This document shows, piece by piece, positions 40,432 through 52,829 of a stretch of 64,000 nucleotides of DNA (its first letter is position 1; every line of letters starts with the position of its first letter). The position numbers were made by a program, and so were the translations under genes. The notes under the pieces were generated by a model, which did no database searches, had not been told where the DNA came from, and was given only the letters and a program-made list of their open reading frames with translations. This DNA comes from the human T2T-CHM13v2.0 reference genome, Homo sapiens. The stretch lies in NCBI RefSeq assembly GCF_009914755.1, contig NC_060929.1, one strand, 5' to 3'.

Positions 40432-42140
40432 CTCTTGCAACACAACCTTGATTTGTAAGGCACTATATTAAATTAGTGGGCTAGAAGTCAAATCTCCTGC
40501 CTTGCCTTTGCTGGTGCAAGTTAACATCCTCCAAGTTGACCTTAAAGGCTGCAAAATGCTTCAGGAGTTTGATGGGCAGGTGGTGCTGGAGAACTCAGCA
40601 TTCTTTTCTCTTCCAAACAAGGCTACACACCTGACACCTTGCCTAGTAATGGAATTCTCCTAATGAACACGTTCCCCTAGTCTAAGGCGCTTGCACTGTG
40701 ACCATACCACAGGGCTGACAAAGAGATAATTTTCAGTGCTCAGAAAAAGAAAAACACACACACACACAGAAGTCTTTTGAGACTGTCTTTTTTTCTTATG
40801 TCATGGCCTATTATGGCATTTTCATTTTAATTGCACATGAAACCCATTTAAAGCGGTGCTGTAATGGGACTGTTCCCTTGGAAAACACAGACAGGAGTGA
40901 TATGGATGTGTTTTTGAGGAGTCCATTAGTTACTCAGACTGTCATCATTGTGTGCCTTGAGGGTGCTAACAATGTATTAGGTATCTAAGCAAATGTGATA
41001 TATTTGATCCTCTTATATGTGAATCCCCTGTCCTCCTCCTATAAGTAGTAGATTCATATCAAAGTCTCTGGCAACAGAGTACTGCTCAGTATTTCAAAGA
41101 TAAAATATGCATTCTTATGCATGTATGTTTTCTAGTTTTTCAAATGGAAATTGAGCCATATAGATAAAGCATGCAAACATTGAGACTCTGGAATTACTTA
41201 TTGAAAAGAATGATTGATAAAGTGGTTATTGTGGTTGCTTCACTCTTCCCACCTCCACTTTGGAAGATAGACAGCCTGTACCTCAAAGAGTTTTAGAACT
41301 TCCTGACCTTCTGTAAGTAAAAATGTCAGTTCCCAAGGCCAGAGAAATAAAGCCACAGGGTCTTTTTCCATAAAATAAGCTGCATTCCCTGGGTCTCAAT
41401 ATCTTTAGTCTTCTATAGGAAACTGAAAGAATTTCCACTTTGCTTTGACTTTCCCTGCTGTGGTCCCTTCCTCATTTAGCATACTTTGTTCTTTATGCAT
41501 AATTGGAAATTAATTTTCTAATTAGGTTCTTCACATTTATGAAGTTGTTTGATGGGGTGTCGGTTCTTATAACATGGCCTAAAGGCTAAAGGAGAGGTAA
41601 TAATTCTTTTTTTCTGGCTTTGCCCCTAATTCAGCTAAGGTTCTTAGGAAATATATTTAACTTTTATGAGATCCCCGTAATACATCTTTAATGCTGATCT
41701 ACCTTTGAAAGGTTGTTAGAAGAGTGCTAACTAGGGCTTTAAGACTCATTATGATACAGTTGATTTTATTTGTAATAGTTGCTGAAACAAAATGAAGTCA
41801 TTTCTTTGGCAACATGAAGGGTATTTAGATAACTACAAGTAACAACAACTGCAGAAAATACAATCAGATGATACTGGGAGACAAAATAACATTGAACTGA
41901 TACTTGAGAAGCAGAAGTGACCCTGAAGATTAAAAGGCGAGTATTTTTACTGTGAATATACAAGTAGAACTAAATCAGGTATGAGCTGTATGAGTCCGTC
42001 ACCTGGATGTTCTGTGACTTGTTATATAGAACTTGAGTCTATGGTTCAACACTCTCTGATCTGTGAAGGCAAGCCAGTATAAACCAATGCATGTAAACAG
42101 TCTGTTTCTTGATTTCAGTATAAAAGTTGAAAGATAAAGC

Positions 42141-42845
42141 TAACCATTAGACTTGGAAGTAAAAACTAAATTCTGGAGTCACAACTTCTACATATGTCTC
42201 GGATCATGTTACTTATTACTACAGGTACAAAATAGCGTGCATGTGAGGAGAACAGGAACCAATATTGCACATTGGTAAAAGAACATCCTCATTTTATAGG
42301 AAATCATGTCATCCTACTTGAAGTGTGGCTGAAGAAAAACAATTAGATGAATACTCCTCAGCAGTCTCCAAATAAGAACTACCTTGCACACTAATTTCCA
42401 TTGTGCATCAATATCCTTATTTGAATTTGCCATTCATGTATATGTCACGGCTAGGCAAAAACTGTAAGAACAAAGTGTAAGGCTGAATATATGATGATTA
42501 AAGGTAAGTGATACTCAACCTCAGAAAAAATATTTGTCTGACTCTTGACTCACTCTTTAAGTTACTTTCTAGGTTCTGCACAATGGAAATTAGTGTGCAA
42601 GGTATTTCTTATTTGGAGGCTGCTGAGGAGTATCCATCTCATTTTTTTTTTCTTGAGCCACACTTCAAGTAGGATGACATGATTTCCTACAAAATGAGGA
42701 TGTTCTTTTGTCAATGTGCATTATTGGTGCCGATTCTCCTCACATGCATGCTATTTTGTACCTGTAGTAATAAGTAACATGACCCGAGACATATGTAGAA
42801 GTTGTGACTCCACAATTTAGTTTTTACTTCCAAGTCTAATGGTTA
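42141..42845. repeat. Long inverted repeat: arms 42141-42407 and 42577-42845, 169-bp spacer
   Basis: Hand alignment of arm 1 to the reverse complement of arm 2 gives about 16 substitutions plus a 2-nt indel over ~267 bp (~93%). Confidence 0.95.
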
Positions 42846-42879
42846 ACTTAAGATCTTGTTAAGTATCAGCATAGAAAGA

Positions 42880-43040
42880 GGCTACATGGTAGAATGGGAA
42901 TATCACTCTGCCCTGTGGGACTCAGGAGGCCTGGTCTGTGTGTCCAGCTCTAACTCTAAGTGCTTTTGTGACCTTGGACAAATTATCTAATCTCTTTGGT
43001 CCAATATAGGTCAAAGAGGTTCTTTCTGTTCTGAACACAC
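42880..43040 (+). mobile_element. MIR/MIR3 fragment
   Basis: ctcaggaggcctggtctg...tgtgaccttggacaaattatctaatctctttgg. Confidence 0.6.
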
Positions 43041-43449
43041 GTAGCTTCCAAGTTCTTACCTATCACATGCAATACCCCAAGAAATTCTGGTCACTGCAAC
43101 TTCTTGAACAAGATATACTGAACCCACCAGAAGAGAGTATAGCACAGTCATTAAGAGCACAGAATGCAGATGGCATATTTGGTTTTCAGCATTGCCACCT
43201 CTCTCCCACTACTTAATTGTCTTAGCCTTAATTTCTACAGCTGTGACATGGACTAACGATCTTATTTCACTAACCTTTTTCTCTTTCCCTTGCTATCTTA
43301 TGCTCTTCTTTTCAGTTCTTAATGGTAGGGTTTTCTTTTGTTGTAAAGGTCTAGACAGAAGACCTTGATAAACTAGACTATGCCAAGAGCGAGGAATCAT
43401 GGATTATGGATTCATCTTTGGGACTGGAAATTACTTGACCTTAAATGCA

Positions 43450-44230
43450 CTTTCTCTATGGCATCCAAAGTCATCTTTTAAAAATGCAAATCAAATCACA
43501 TTATGCCTTTGTTTAAAAACTATCAATAGTTTCTCACTGTACTATATTTAGCATAAAATCCAATCTCATTACCACATTTAACAATAATTTTGGGCTTATT
43601 CCTTGCTTTTTCTTCTTCTTTATTATTTTTATCCTCTTCTATAACTTCAGTCTCCTCCTCCTCTTCTGCCTTCAGGAGGAGAAATCTATAGCTCCAAATA
43701 TGTGCTCAGTCCCTTCTTGCATTTGCAACAGTGAGGGGAACACATCTCCCTTGAATCATCCCCCTTGAATATCTGGTCAGTATGTCAAAGCTGGAATTCA
43801 TCCTATCCTTCCCCCAAACCACCAAGCAACTATAGCTTCTGACTTCTGTTAGTAGTATTCCTATTATTCCAGGTAACCAGCCTCACAGTCTCATTCCATT
43901 TGACTCCTCTCCATGTCTCTCTTTCCTTAATTGCTATCCTTTCTATGTATGCCTTTATTTGTACTTCCCTTTGCATTTCTACTGCCACAGTCGTCACTCA
44001 CATCAGGTCTTTCGGACCTGAAATAGTGAAATAATATTCCTCTGAGTCATCTAACTTCTCCCTCTTTCGCTTTTATTACAGGTTAAAAAGCTACAAGATT
44101 AATTTTCTGGAGTACAACTCTGATCATTTGATGTCTGGGCTCCCAACATTAGCTATGTGATAAAGTCTCAACTCTTTGGCTTGACTTTCAGAGTCTAATG
44201 CAACCTGACCCTGATTACTTTTCTAGGCTA
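43450..44230 (+). mobile_element. Degraded L2 fragments
   Basis: tctttttaaaaatgcaaatcaaatcacattatgcc, ccatttgactcctctc, tttctactgccac, tctgatcatttgatgtc. Confidence 0.5.
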
Positions 44231-44489
44231 GCTTACTGCTTTTCATATATTATTCTATTGAGTCATCTCTTTATTTTTTTCAGCAAAAAATGATTGAGGA
44301 CCAACAGTATACAACATCCTAGTGGTATGCTAACAATACAAACGTGAAACTTCGCAAAATAGAAGAGAGACCAAACACGCACCCAGACAGACACACACAC
44401 ACACTCACACACAAGTATTAAGTGGAATAATAGAAGCAAAGAATGTGATGGAAAATAGAGTAACAGGGAAGTAATTTTATATATTTATT

Positions 44490-44653
44490 TCTTTTTCTTT
44501 TTCTTAGAGATGGGGTCTCCTTTATTTCACAGGCTGGAATGCAAGGGTGAAATCACAGCTCACTGCAGCATTGAAGTCCCGGGCTTAAGACAATCCTCCC
44601 ACCTTGGCTTCCAGAGCAGCTGGAATTACAGGCACAAGTTACCATGCCTAGCT
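44490..44653 (-). mobile_element. Alu monomer (FRAM or AluJ right arm)
   Basis: gagatggggtctc...caggctggaatgc...cacagctcactgcagc...atcctcccaccttggc...ttacaggcac; single arm only. Confidence 0.85.
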
Positions 44654-44859
44654 ATCTCTATATATTTAAGTAACTCTTAAAATATTCTTGAACTTGACCT
44701 TAGTTGGATAGCTTACTAATTCTAAATACTATCTCATATTTCCCACTTTTTTTTTCTTTTGCTTATATTTCTTCTTTTCAGAATGTGCTGGTTTTTAATA
44801 TTCAGTATCTGGTCCGTATTTAAAGGCATACTTATTGAACTTTTATTTTTGCATCCCCA

Positions 44860-45310
44860 GTGTCTACTTTCCTTGGCTCCATCTCTTCCAAGCCTTCAGC
44901 CAAAGCAGTTTGAGTGAGGATTGAGCCCTTTTCCAGAGGTGGGTCATGTGACCTAGGGCTAAACCAATCAATACGCTACATTTCTCTGGCCATAGGGATT
45001 GGTTCTGGGGTGGCATGTGACAAGCTAGGCAAACAGCTAATCTGAGGGCTTTTGAAGAAACCACTGGGAAGAAGTCTTTATTCCTGTTGAACTTGCAGCT
45101 GAAAGGTTGGAAGGTCTGGGGTTGCCACATCCACTTTGTCTGTTGGAGAATGGAGCCAATCTAAAAGGAGATAGAGAAAAAAGAAATCAATTCTTGACAC
45201 TGTCTCTCCTCCAAATCAAGTCACACTATGCCTCTGGAATTTTTAGTTACATAAGTCAATATTGTTTTTTTCTTACATCAGTCTGAGTCATGTTTTCTGA
45301 GAGAGAAAAC
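44860..45310 (+). mobile_element. Old MLT1 (H-K-like) MaLR LTR
   Basis: gggtcatgtgacctagggctaaaccaatca...ggccatagggattggttctggggtggcatgtgac...ttagttacataagtcaata. Confidence 0.7.
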
Positions 45311-45536
45311 AAATACAGCCATCCAATTTCAAATAGTAGTACTTTTACTAACTTTTTTTTTTTACTACCTTTATGGGTACTGCCAGTTCAATGCGGTTTT
45401 TCTCTACCATTTTGTGTCTCTCAGTTATGGCATGTATGCTGTTCAACCTCATTTTAGAGTTATTGGTAAACTTGCCTCCTACCAGATTTGAATGGACAAA
45501 AATTTCTCTTTAAAGCTCTTCATTGGCCCAGTAAAT

Positions 45537-45697
45537 AGGGCCTGAACAAAAGTGAGACAAGTGAGGTGCACAGGGGTCCACGATGAAGAAGCACTCACTT
45601 CCAGGTGCCAAGTCTGCACTTAGCAGTCTGGAGAGCGAGTGCCTCCTTATCATTTGCTCCCTGGGCACCTCACTTGCTTTATCTATTTCTGATCCTG
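45537..45697. mobile_element. MER96-like palindromic hAT MITE
   Basis: caagtgaggtgc (45558-45569) pairs with gcacctcacttg (45665-45676); inner gcactc/gagtgc arms. Confidence 0.8.
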
Positions 45698-46334
45698 GTA
45701 GTGGAGTAACTACTCAATACGTGTTAGGCGAACTCGAAAGAATTTCACATTTTGCATGGGGATGGAGATGATCCAGAATTGCATTTTCTTTGCTATTATA
45801 CTCATCTGACATATCTCATTCACTTTTTTTTTTTTTTACATTTACTTCATTTTGGAGTCATCTAGCATTATGCAGTGATTGCAGGGAGGGTTTGTGATGG
45901 TATTACTCTAAAAACCTCTAAATCCCATTTCCCAGCAAGAAGACAAACTAATAGCTCTGCTAAGCAATGCATCCAGAAATAACATGGAATATGGGGTAGT
46001 GAATTTCATTTTCACTCATTTACTTATATTTTCATAGCTCAGTGTCTGTTGTGGAGCCTGAATTATACAACTCATTATCTAGGTCAATCTAGTGAGCTAT
46101 CCTGTCAGCACAGATGTGCTACTTTTGCAATAGAATTCTCAGTGGTAAAGTTGCTTCCAAGCTGGCACCTATTATTAGTAAAAGTATTAAATAAATAAAT
46201 TATAGAAACAGTTGAAGCAATGAAGCCTACACGATAAGTGCAATAGGTTATAAACATTATGTCTTCATTATATAAGCAATTGTGTTAGTTATTTAAGATT
46301 ACAGACGATCGATAGCCACATCTTGTTTGCGCTA

Positions 46335-46700
46335 GTGTTGGTTCACTGGTTGTAAGCAACAGAAACTGACTTCAAATAGAGAAAAGGTTTTACAAAGAAA
46401 TATCAGAATCAAATCAATGAACAGGTTCAAAAGAAAAACACTAGAACAGACAGGAAGCAAGACAGCTCCAGTGAACTAGGTAGCAGGAATATATGTTGAA
46501 GTAATAAGGCATAAATAAAATGAATCTACACCAACAATTTTTCCATATATGATTCCACTAAATTTTTGTCATTGCATTACTCTAGTCAAGACCAAATCCT
46601 AGGACAATAGGTTCATTCCTGGTTATAATCATATGGCCACCTCTTGACCAAGGAAAAGCAGGCCACCTTGATTGAAAGTCCTACCAACACTGTATACAAA
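46335..46700 (-). mobile_element. Very old MLT1-like LTR remnant
   Basis: ggttgtaagcaacagaaactgact...gcaggccaccttgattga. Confidence 0.45.
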
Positions 46701-47112
46701 CAACAGATGTCCATTACTTTAGTTCAGTTAGAATCTGAAAGGCTTCAACTGTGCTACTTACACATATTCTGGGCCAATTGCCAACTTGTGTTGAACATGC
46801 ACAAAATCATTTTATCATGACACTTTGCTGTATCAGTCACATCACATTTGTTCAAATTTGGGAAGCATGAAGCTTCAAAAATATTCATAGATGTGTAGGT
46901 GAATTTGGTAGGAAATAATATTTGGTCTTTCTGTATGTTAATTCAACTATTTGGCTAATCAAAGTATATGATGGTGTCATCTATCAGCAAACAAATTGGA
47001 CTGATCTTACTGTGAGTTTTGTTGAAACGTTTTTGACAGTAGATATGGAGAATGTCTAAGACACAAGTTTTAAACACAAAATACTATCCTAAACTAGCTC
47101 TTTTCCGCCTGC

Positions 47113-47280
47113 CAGGGCCACCTTTTGAATCTGTGACCTGTGCAGTTGTCTGTGCTCAGAACACTTAGGTTAACATCCTTCTGTCCTCTCTTGACTCTCT
47201 TGAAGCTGTTAATAATTTGTTAACAAAAGACCTGCAGTTTCATATTGCGCCGGGCCTTGTATATTATACAGCTAATCCTG
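47113..47280. mobile_element. MER53-like hAT MITE
   Basis: cagggcc...gtgacctgtgcagttg...ttaataatttgttaacaa...ttcatattgcgccgggcc...attatacagctaatcctg. Confidence 0.75.
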
Positions 47281-47569
47281 AAAGACACAGAACCAGTGGA
47301 AGCCAGAATTACTTGCTAGTGGGAATACTCAGGCCATAAAGTGCTGCAACTTTGAGACTCTTTAAATAAATGCCATCTTTTAACACTCTAACAAGGTACA
47401 AAAATCCCAGAATTTGCACACTCCATATTCAATGCTCTTTCTTCATTGGAAGGGCAGCAGAGGTAAGGGATGGGCCATAATGGTAGAGAAGAACCATAGA
47501 AGAACCAGTGGATGCCACTGACTTAGCATGTCTCCTGAGCACATGTGAATGTTACATAAATACTCATTG

Positions 47570-47790
47570 AATCTTTAAAAAGATGAAAGCATGAGCACGC
47601 ATGGCCTGTTTGCAGGTCCCTGAGGTGTGAACAATCGTGGCATGTTTGAGGACCAGAAAGAAGGCCAGTATGCCTGGGACAGTGAGCAAAGGCATGGTGG
47701 AAGAAGGAAAGAATGAAGTTTATGAGGGACCCAGGAACCGTGTCAAGTAAGGGCTACTAGGCCAGGGTAGGAAAGTAAACATCATGGGAA
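47570..47790 (-). mobile_element. L2 fragment
   Basis: gcaggtccctgaggtgtgaa...catgtttgaggaccagaaagaaggccagtatgcctgg. Confidence 0.65.
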
Positions 47791-47851
47791 GATGACTTAC
47801 TTATTATAACATCATAGTATTTTGGTACATTAAGTCTGAAGCATAAAACTT

Positions 47852-48049
47852 TTTTTTTGAATTTTATCTTATTTTCATTTTATTGTACTTATTAAATATA
47901 TGCGTTTTTAAAACAAGTTGTGTGAAGGAAAACATATTTTATATTTACTCTGTTACAGGTTCCAAATTAAAGAAATCCCAGTTAACTTGGTTACATTATA
48001 TATCAACAGCCCTTTCCTTTAATATCAAAAGGCTTTTCTTGCCTTTTAA
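47852..48049 (-). other. Putative L1 3'-transduced segment with polyA signal and residual poly(A)
   Basis: Non-L1 sequence between the L1 3' end and the T-run/left TSD; AATAAA on the minus strand at 47879-47884, 20 nt from the tail. Confidence 0.6.
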
Positions 48050-48813
48050 AAGCTTTATTTTTAATGAACACATAATGTTATACATATTTATAGGGTACAT
48101 AGTGATATTTTGACACATGTAATGTATAGTGATCAAATCAGAGCAATTCACGTATCTATCTTCTCAAAGATTTATCTTTTTTTTTTTTTTGCATTGGAAA
48201 CATTCAAAATCTTCCTTCTAGCTATTTGAAGCTATATACTATATTATTGTTTACTGTAGTCCTACCAGTGGTACAAAACACTTGAACGTATTTCTTCCTA
48301 TATAGCTGTTATTTTGTGTCCTTTAACAAATTCTGCCTATCCCCTTCTTCCCCTATGTTTCCCAGCCTCTGGTATTCTCTCTTCTACTTTTAATCTCTAT
48401 GAGATCATGTTTTTGTTTGCTTTTGTTTTTTATCTTTCACATGAGTGAGAACATGGAATGCGACGTTTAACTTTCTGTTCCTGGCTTATTTCACTCAAGA
48501 TAATATCCTTCAGTTCCACCCATGTTGCCATGAATGGCAGGATTTCATTCTTTTTTTGAGGCTGAATACTACTCTATTGTGTGTATGCACCACATTTTCT
48601 TTATCCATTCATCTGTTGGTGGACACCTATGTTGATTCCCTATCTTGGCTATTGCAAACAGTGCTGCAATAAGCATTCGGGGTTCAAATGTCTCTTCCAT
48701 ACACTAGTTTCCTTTCCTTTGGATAAATGCCCAGTAGTGGGATTGCTGGATCATATGGTAGTTTTATTTGTAGTTTTTTTAGTAATCTCCATACTGTCCT
48801 TCACAGTGGCTAT
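48050..48813 (-). mobile_element. 5'-truncated L1MA-like element
   Basis: catatttatagggtacatagtgatattttga...acatgagtgagaacatg...cccagtagtgggattgctggatcatatggtagtt; TSD tgaagcataaa(a/g)ctt at 47837-47851 and 48814-48828. Confidence 0.88.
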
Positions 48814-48847
48814 TGAAGCATAAAGCTTAATACAATGTCATTTAGAG

Positions 48848-49091
48848 CAGAGGTGGGCCAACGTTTTCTGTAAAGAATAATAAATATTTTAGCCTTTGCT
48901 AACTGTATAGTCTCTCTTATAACTTCTTACAACTACTAAACTCTCTCACTGGGCTGAGTAAACATAGGCTATACTTTGGGTGAAAGTAGACATAGATAAT
49001 CTTAAATAGAGGTTGCTGTGTTTCAACAAATCTTAGAAAAAATAGATAGTAGGCCAAATGTGGCCCATTAGCCACAGTTTGCCAGTCCCTG
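48848..49091. mobile_element. MER58A-like hAT-Charlie MITE
   Basis: cagaggtgggccaacgttttctgtaaag...aaatattttagcctttgc...tggcccattagccacagtttgccagtccctg. Confidence 0.8.
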
Positions 49092-49253
49092 ATCTAGCAG
49101 AGCATGGAGCCACATGCATCTATATTAGCTGCAATGCACATTAAAAATGCAGATGTTTGTGTCCTCTTCCAGATGCACTGAACCTAACTTTCTGGGTTTG
49201 AAGTCTGAAAGTCTGTGCTTAATAAGTTGCCATAGAAAGTGTTATTGCATGCT

Positions 49254-49857
49254 TGTCTTAGTCTGTTAGTGCTGTTATGACAGAATTCCTGAGACTGAGT
49301 AATTTATAAAGAACAGAAATTTATTTCACTTCTGGAGGCTGGGATGTTCAATATCAAAGCAACAGCATTTGAGGTCTGATGAGGACCTTCTTGCTGTGTC
49401 CTCACATGGCAGATGGCAGAAAGGCCAAATGCTGTGCGAAGCCTTTTTTTTTTTTTTTTAAGACCGAGTTTCACTCTTGTCGCCCAGGCTGGAGTGTAAT
49501 GCACAATCTTGGGTCACTGCAACCTCCACCTCCAGGGTTTAAGCTATTCTCCTGCCTCGGCCTCCCAAGTAGCTGGCGTTACAGGCATGTGCCACCGTGC
49601 CCAGCTAATTTTGTATTTTTAGTAGAGATGGGGTTTCATAATGTTGGTCAGGCTGGTTTCGAACTTATGATCTCAGGTGATCTTCCCACCTCGGCCTCCC
49701 AAAGTGGTGAAGCCTCTTTTATCAAGATCTTAATCCCATTCATGGCAGTTCTGCCCTTATGACTTAATCACCTCCTAAAGGCCCCCACCTCTTAATGCTA
49801 TCACAGTGAAGAATAAGTTTCAACCCATGACTTTTGGAGGATATTCAGACCACAGCA
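49254..49857 (-). mobile_element. MST/MLT1A-type MaLR solo LTR, interrupted by an Alu
   Basis: tgtcttagtctg...aatttataaagaacagaaatttattt...taatcacctcctaaaggccccc...ttcagaccacagca; 5-bp TSD atgct/atgcc. Confidence 0.88.
49444..49706 (-). mobile_element. AluS (Sp/Sq-like), 5'-truncated by ~35 nt
   Basis: gagtttcactcttgtcgcccaggctgg; stops at cccaaagtg; TSD g(c/t)gaagcct. Confidence 0.95.
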
Positions 49858-51412
49858 ATGCCAAAATTGAGAAAGTTGAGAACCACTGGTCTAGAAGCCA
49901 CTCTATCCACTTAGGTCCCTTTCTAAGGTATTAAAAATTGTAACTGATTGACCTAGGATAGCACATGGGGTAATTTCTCAGGGTAGAAGGACTAATGTTT
50001 GGAATGGCCTGTATTCAAATTCAGAATGGATTGTTCCAGGAGACTGTAAGAAAGATCATGTAGCAAGAATAATAGCAAGGAGAGAAAGCTCTGCTAGATA
50101 AGGCTGTGCAGATCAATCCTCCCTTTGAGTTCCCTGGTTTTAATTATTGATGCTAAATATACATTTCCCTTAATTGTTTTGTGAAAATAAGTTAAATAAA
50201 GAATAAAGCCATTCTATACATGCACAGGCAAACATTACACTCTTTTCAAATAAACACTGGGATGATTCCTCGGAGTGTTCCTATTCAAATTTGGTTGCAA
50301 AATAACACCCACAGAATGTATTTCCAACCACAAAATACTGTGACAGTAAGCAGCCAGCACAAGAGAGCCTGTTATGGTTTATAGATTGCAATGATTATAT
50401 TGCGGGAGCAGTTGATGCATTTGTTGGTGTTCATTCTATTTCACATTTGCATTTAAATTCCTGTGGAACAAAGATAAGATAAAGAGGAAAACAAATGATG
50501 CTTATTTGTTGTTGTATTGAACTCCTATTATAAGTATTGTTTTAAAGGAGAGTGAAGCTTTGCAAGGAAGCATTCCACATGTCCTTTACAAAACATGAAA
50601 TACACTTTCAATTGTCAACTAGAAATATGCAGGAAAACATATCCCTGGGCTTTCATAAAATCATAAATCAATAAGGAATAACTGAAAATGTGGTTGAATA
50701 CAAGGAAGCAAATGAAATACTCAGTACTTTCCTTTATACATTTATCCACATTTTATTGATACATAAGAAATGTAGAACTGCAATGAGTTTTGAAACACTA
50801 TTCGTTTTATTTCAGGCATTCCTTTAAAGCAATGCTTGATATGTTTCCTCTTTCAAATAATCTGTGCATCCACAGCATCGTCCTTTGATGAATTTATGCA
50901 GATCAGTTCTACATCCAGGGTAATGTTTTCTGCTCCTCTAAGCTATTTTGCTGGGATCACAGGGAAAAAAAAATCTTTTTGTAGAGTTCGATTGTACCTT
51001 CTAGTTACTGACTGGGTATAAGGTTCCTCTACTCATACAAAAAGCACATCTGCCTCCCCATATGATGTGTTTGCCATAATTAATTTCAGAAGAAGAATGA
51101 GATAATGTTACCTCTTCCTCTCAAATTAGTAAGTTGCATATCAGTGCCTAGAACTTATTTAAATCATTTTTAAAACATCACACTCATTTCTGTAAATACA
51201 CCTGAAATAAGGTAAAAATTAACAATTAAATGACAACAGTTAATTATATGATGTATCTGAACTCATAAGCAAAAATTTCTCTGACTTTACCATGCTTTAC
51301 GGTGCTTTTCTCAAAGGAAGCATTAGTCAGGTCCTTTTCTGGATGCTGGCAGTGACAGCCTGGAAGCATTCCTTAAAGGGAGGGCTGTAGAATGTCCTTA
51401 ATAAGAGATGTT

Positions 51413-51832
<420 letters not shown>

Positions 51833-52829
51833 TTAAAGGCTCTAAGAAGTCAGAAAAAAAAATGTCTTTAGCTTTATTTTTTCAAACTTTTTGCTGACAG
51901 TAACTTATCATTTTTTAAAGTCTAACACCTTGCATTGGCACTTGTATTTCTGGAAATGCATGTTCCGAAGTTCTGACCTAAGTAGTAACTAGTATCTAAA
52001 GGAAAGTACATTCTCCTGTCTGTATTACATATTTTATGTTCCTTAACATATTATATGTATCAGCCATATTTATTCATTCATCATTTATTCAGCAAGTATT
52101 TGAAGAACTTCTCTGTGCCAGTAGCTTGTGGGTGCTGGGGACTCATCTTTTTAAGAGCATATTTTTATTCTATTTTCAAAATGTATGAAAAACTTAGTTG
52201 TTAGTATAAATAACAAGTTATATGAAAAATAAAAGTATCACAGTGCATAGACTCAGCATTTTAAGTCAAGCATTCAGAAGAAATGCAAAATGGTAGATAT
52301 TTTTCCTTAGATGCCATTAGGGCACGTTGCACTGAGCATGTACCTTATTTACTGTTGTGACTGTCCCTGGAATACTAACAATGATGCATTTAAATAGCTT
52401 ATAGTTATGAGTTTTAGAATCAGAAGCAAATAAATTTGAAAGCATTAATTCCAGCCTCCTGCTTTAGCTGAATTTCTATTATCTAAACCAGCCCCTTCAA
52501 ATGTTTTGAAAATCAGATCATATACAACATTTTATAAGCTTCCTATCTTGGAACGTGAATTTAGAATTCACACTCTGGCTCATTTTTCCAACTGTAAAGT
52601 GAGTGAGTTGGGTTAAGAAAATCTATTTTTAGAAGAAGTAGTAAGCATTGAAAAAGTTCACAGCAATTTCAAGCCATAGATTTGAATATTAGCACCTGGA
52701 AAATAGTAATTCTAATTCTCATTCTTACTTAGCTGGTGCCACTTGAGTGATGTCCCTGGAGCTGAAAGGGATTGCCAAGTTAATTTGGTCAAGTGGTTTT
52801 CACAAACTATACATCTTATTAATTATTCC

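Larger units (their letters stand above)
49130..49895. mobile_element. MER5-like MITE split by an LTR insertion (parts ~49130-49253 and ~49858-49895)
   Basis: ttaaaaatgcagatg...cactgaacc...ttaataag on the left; agttgagaaccactggtctaga on the right. Confidence 0.6.

Noticed and set aside
42491-42541. atgatga...ctga in the inverted-repeat spacer as a snoRNA
   Set aside because: Too short (~50 nt) and no terminal stem
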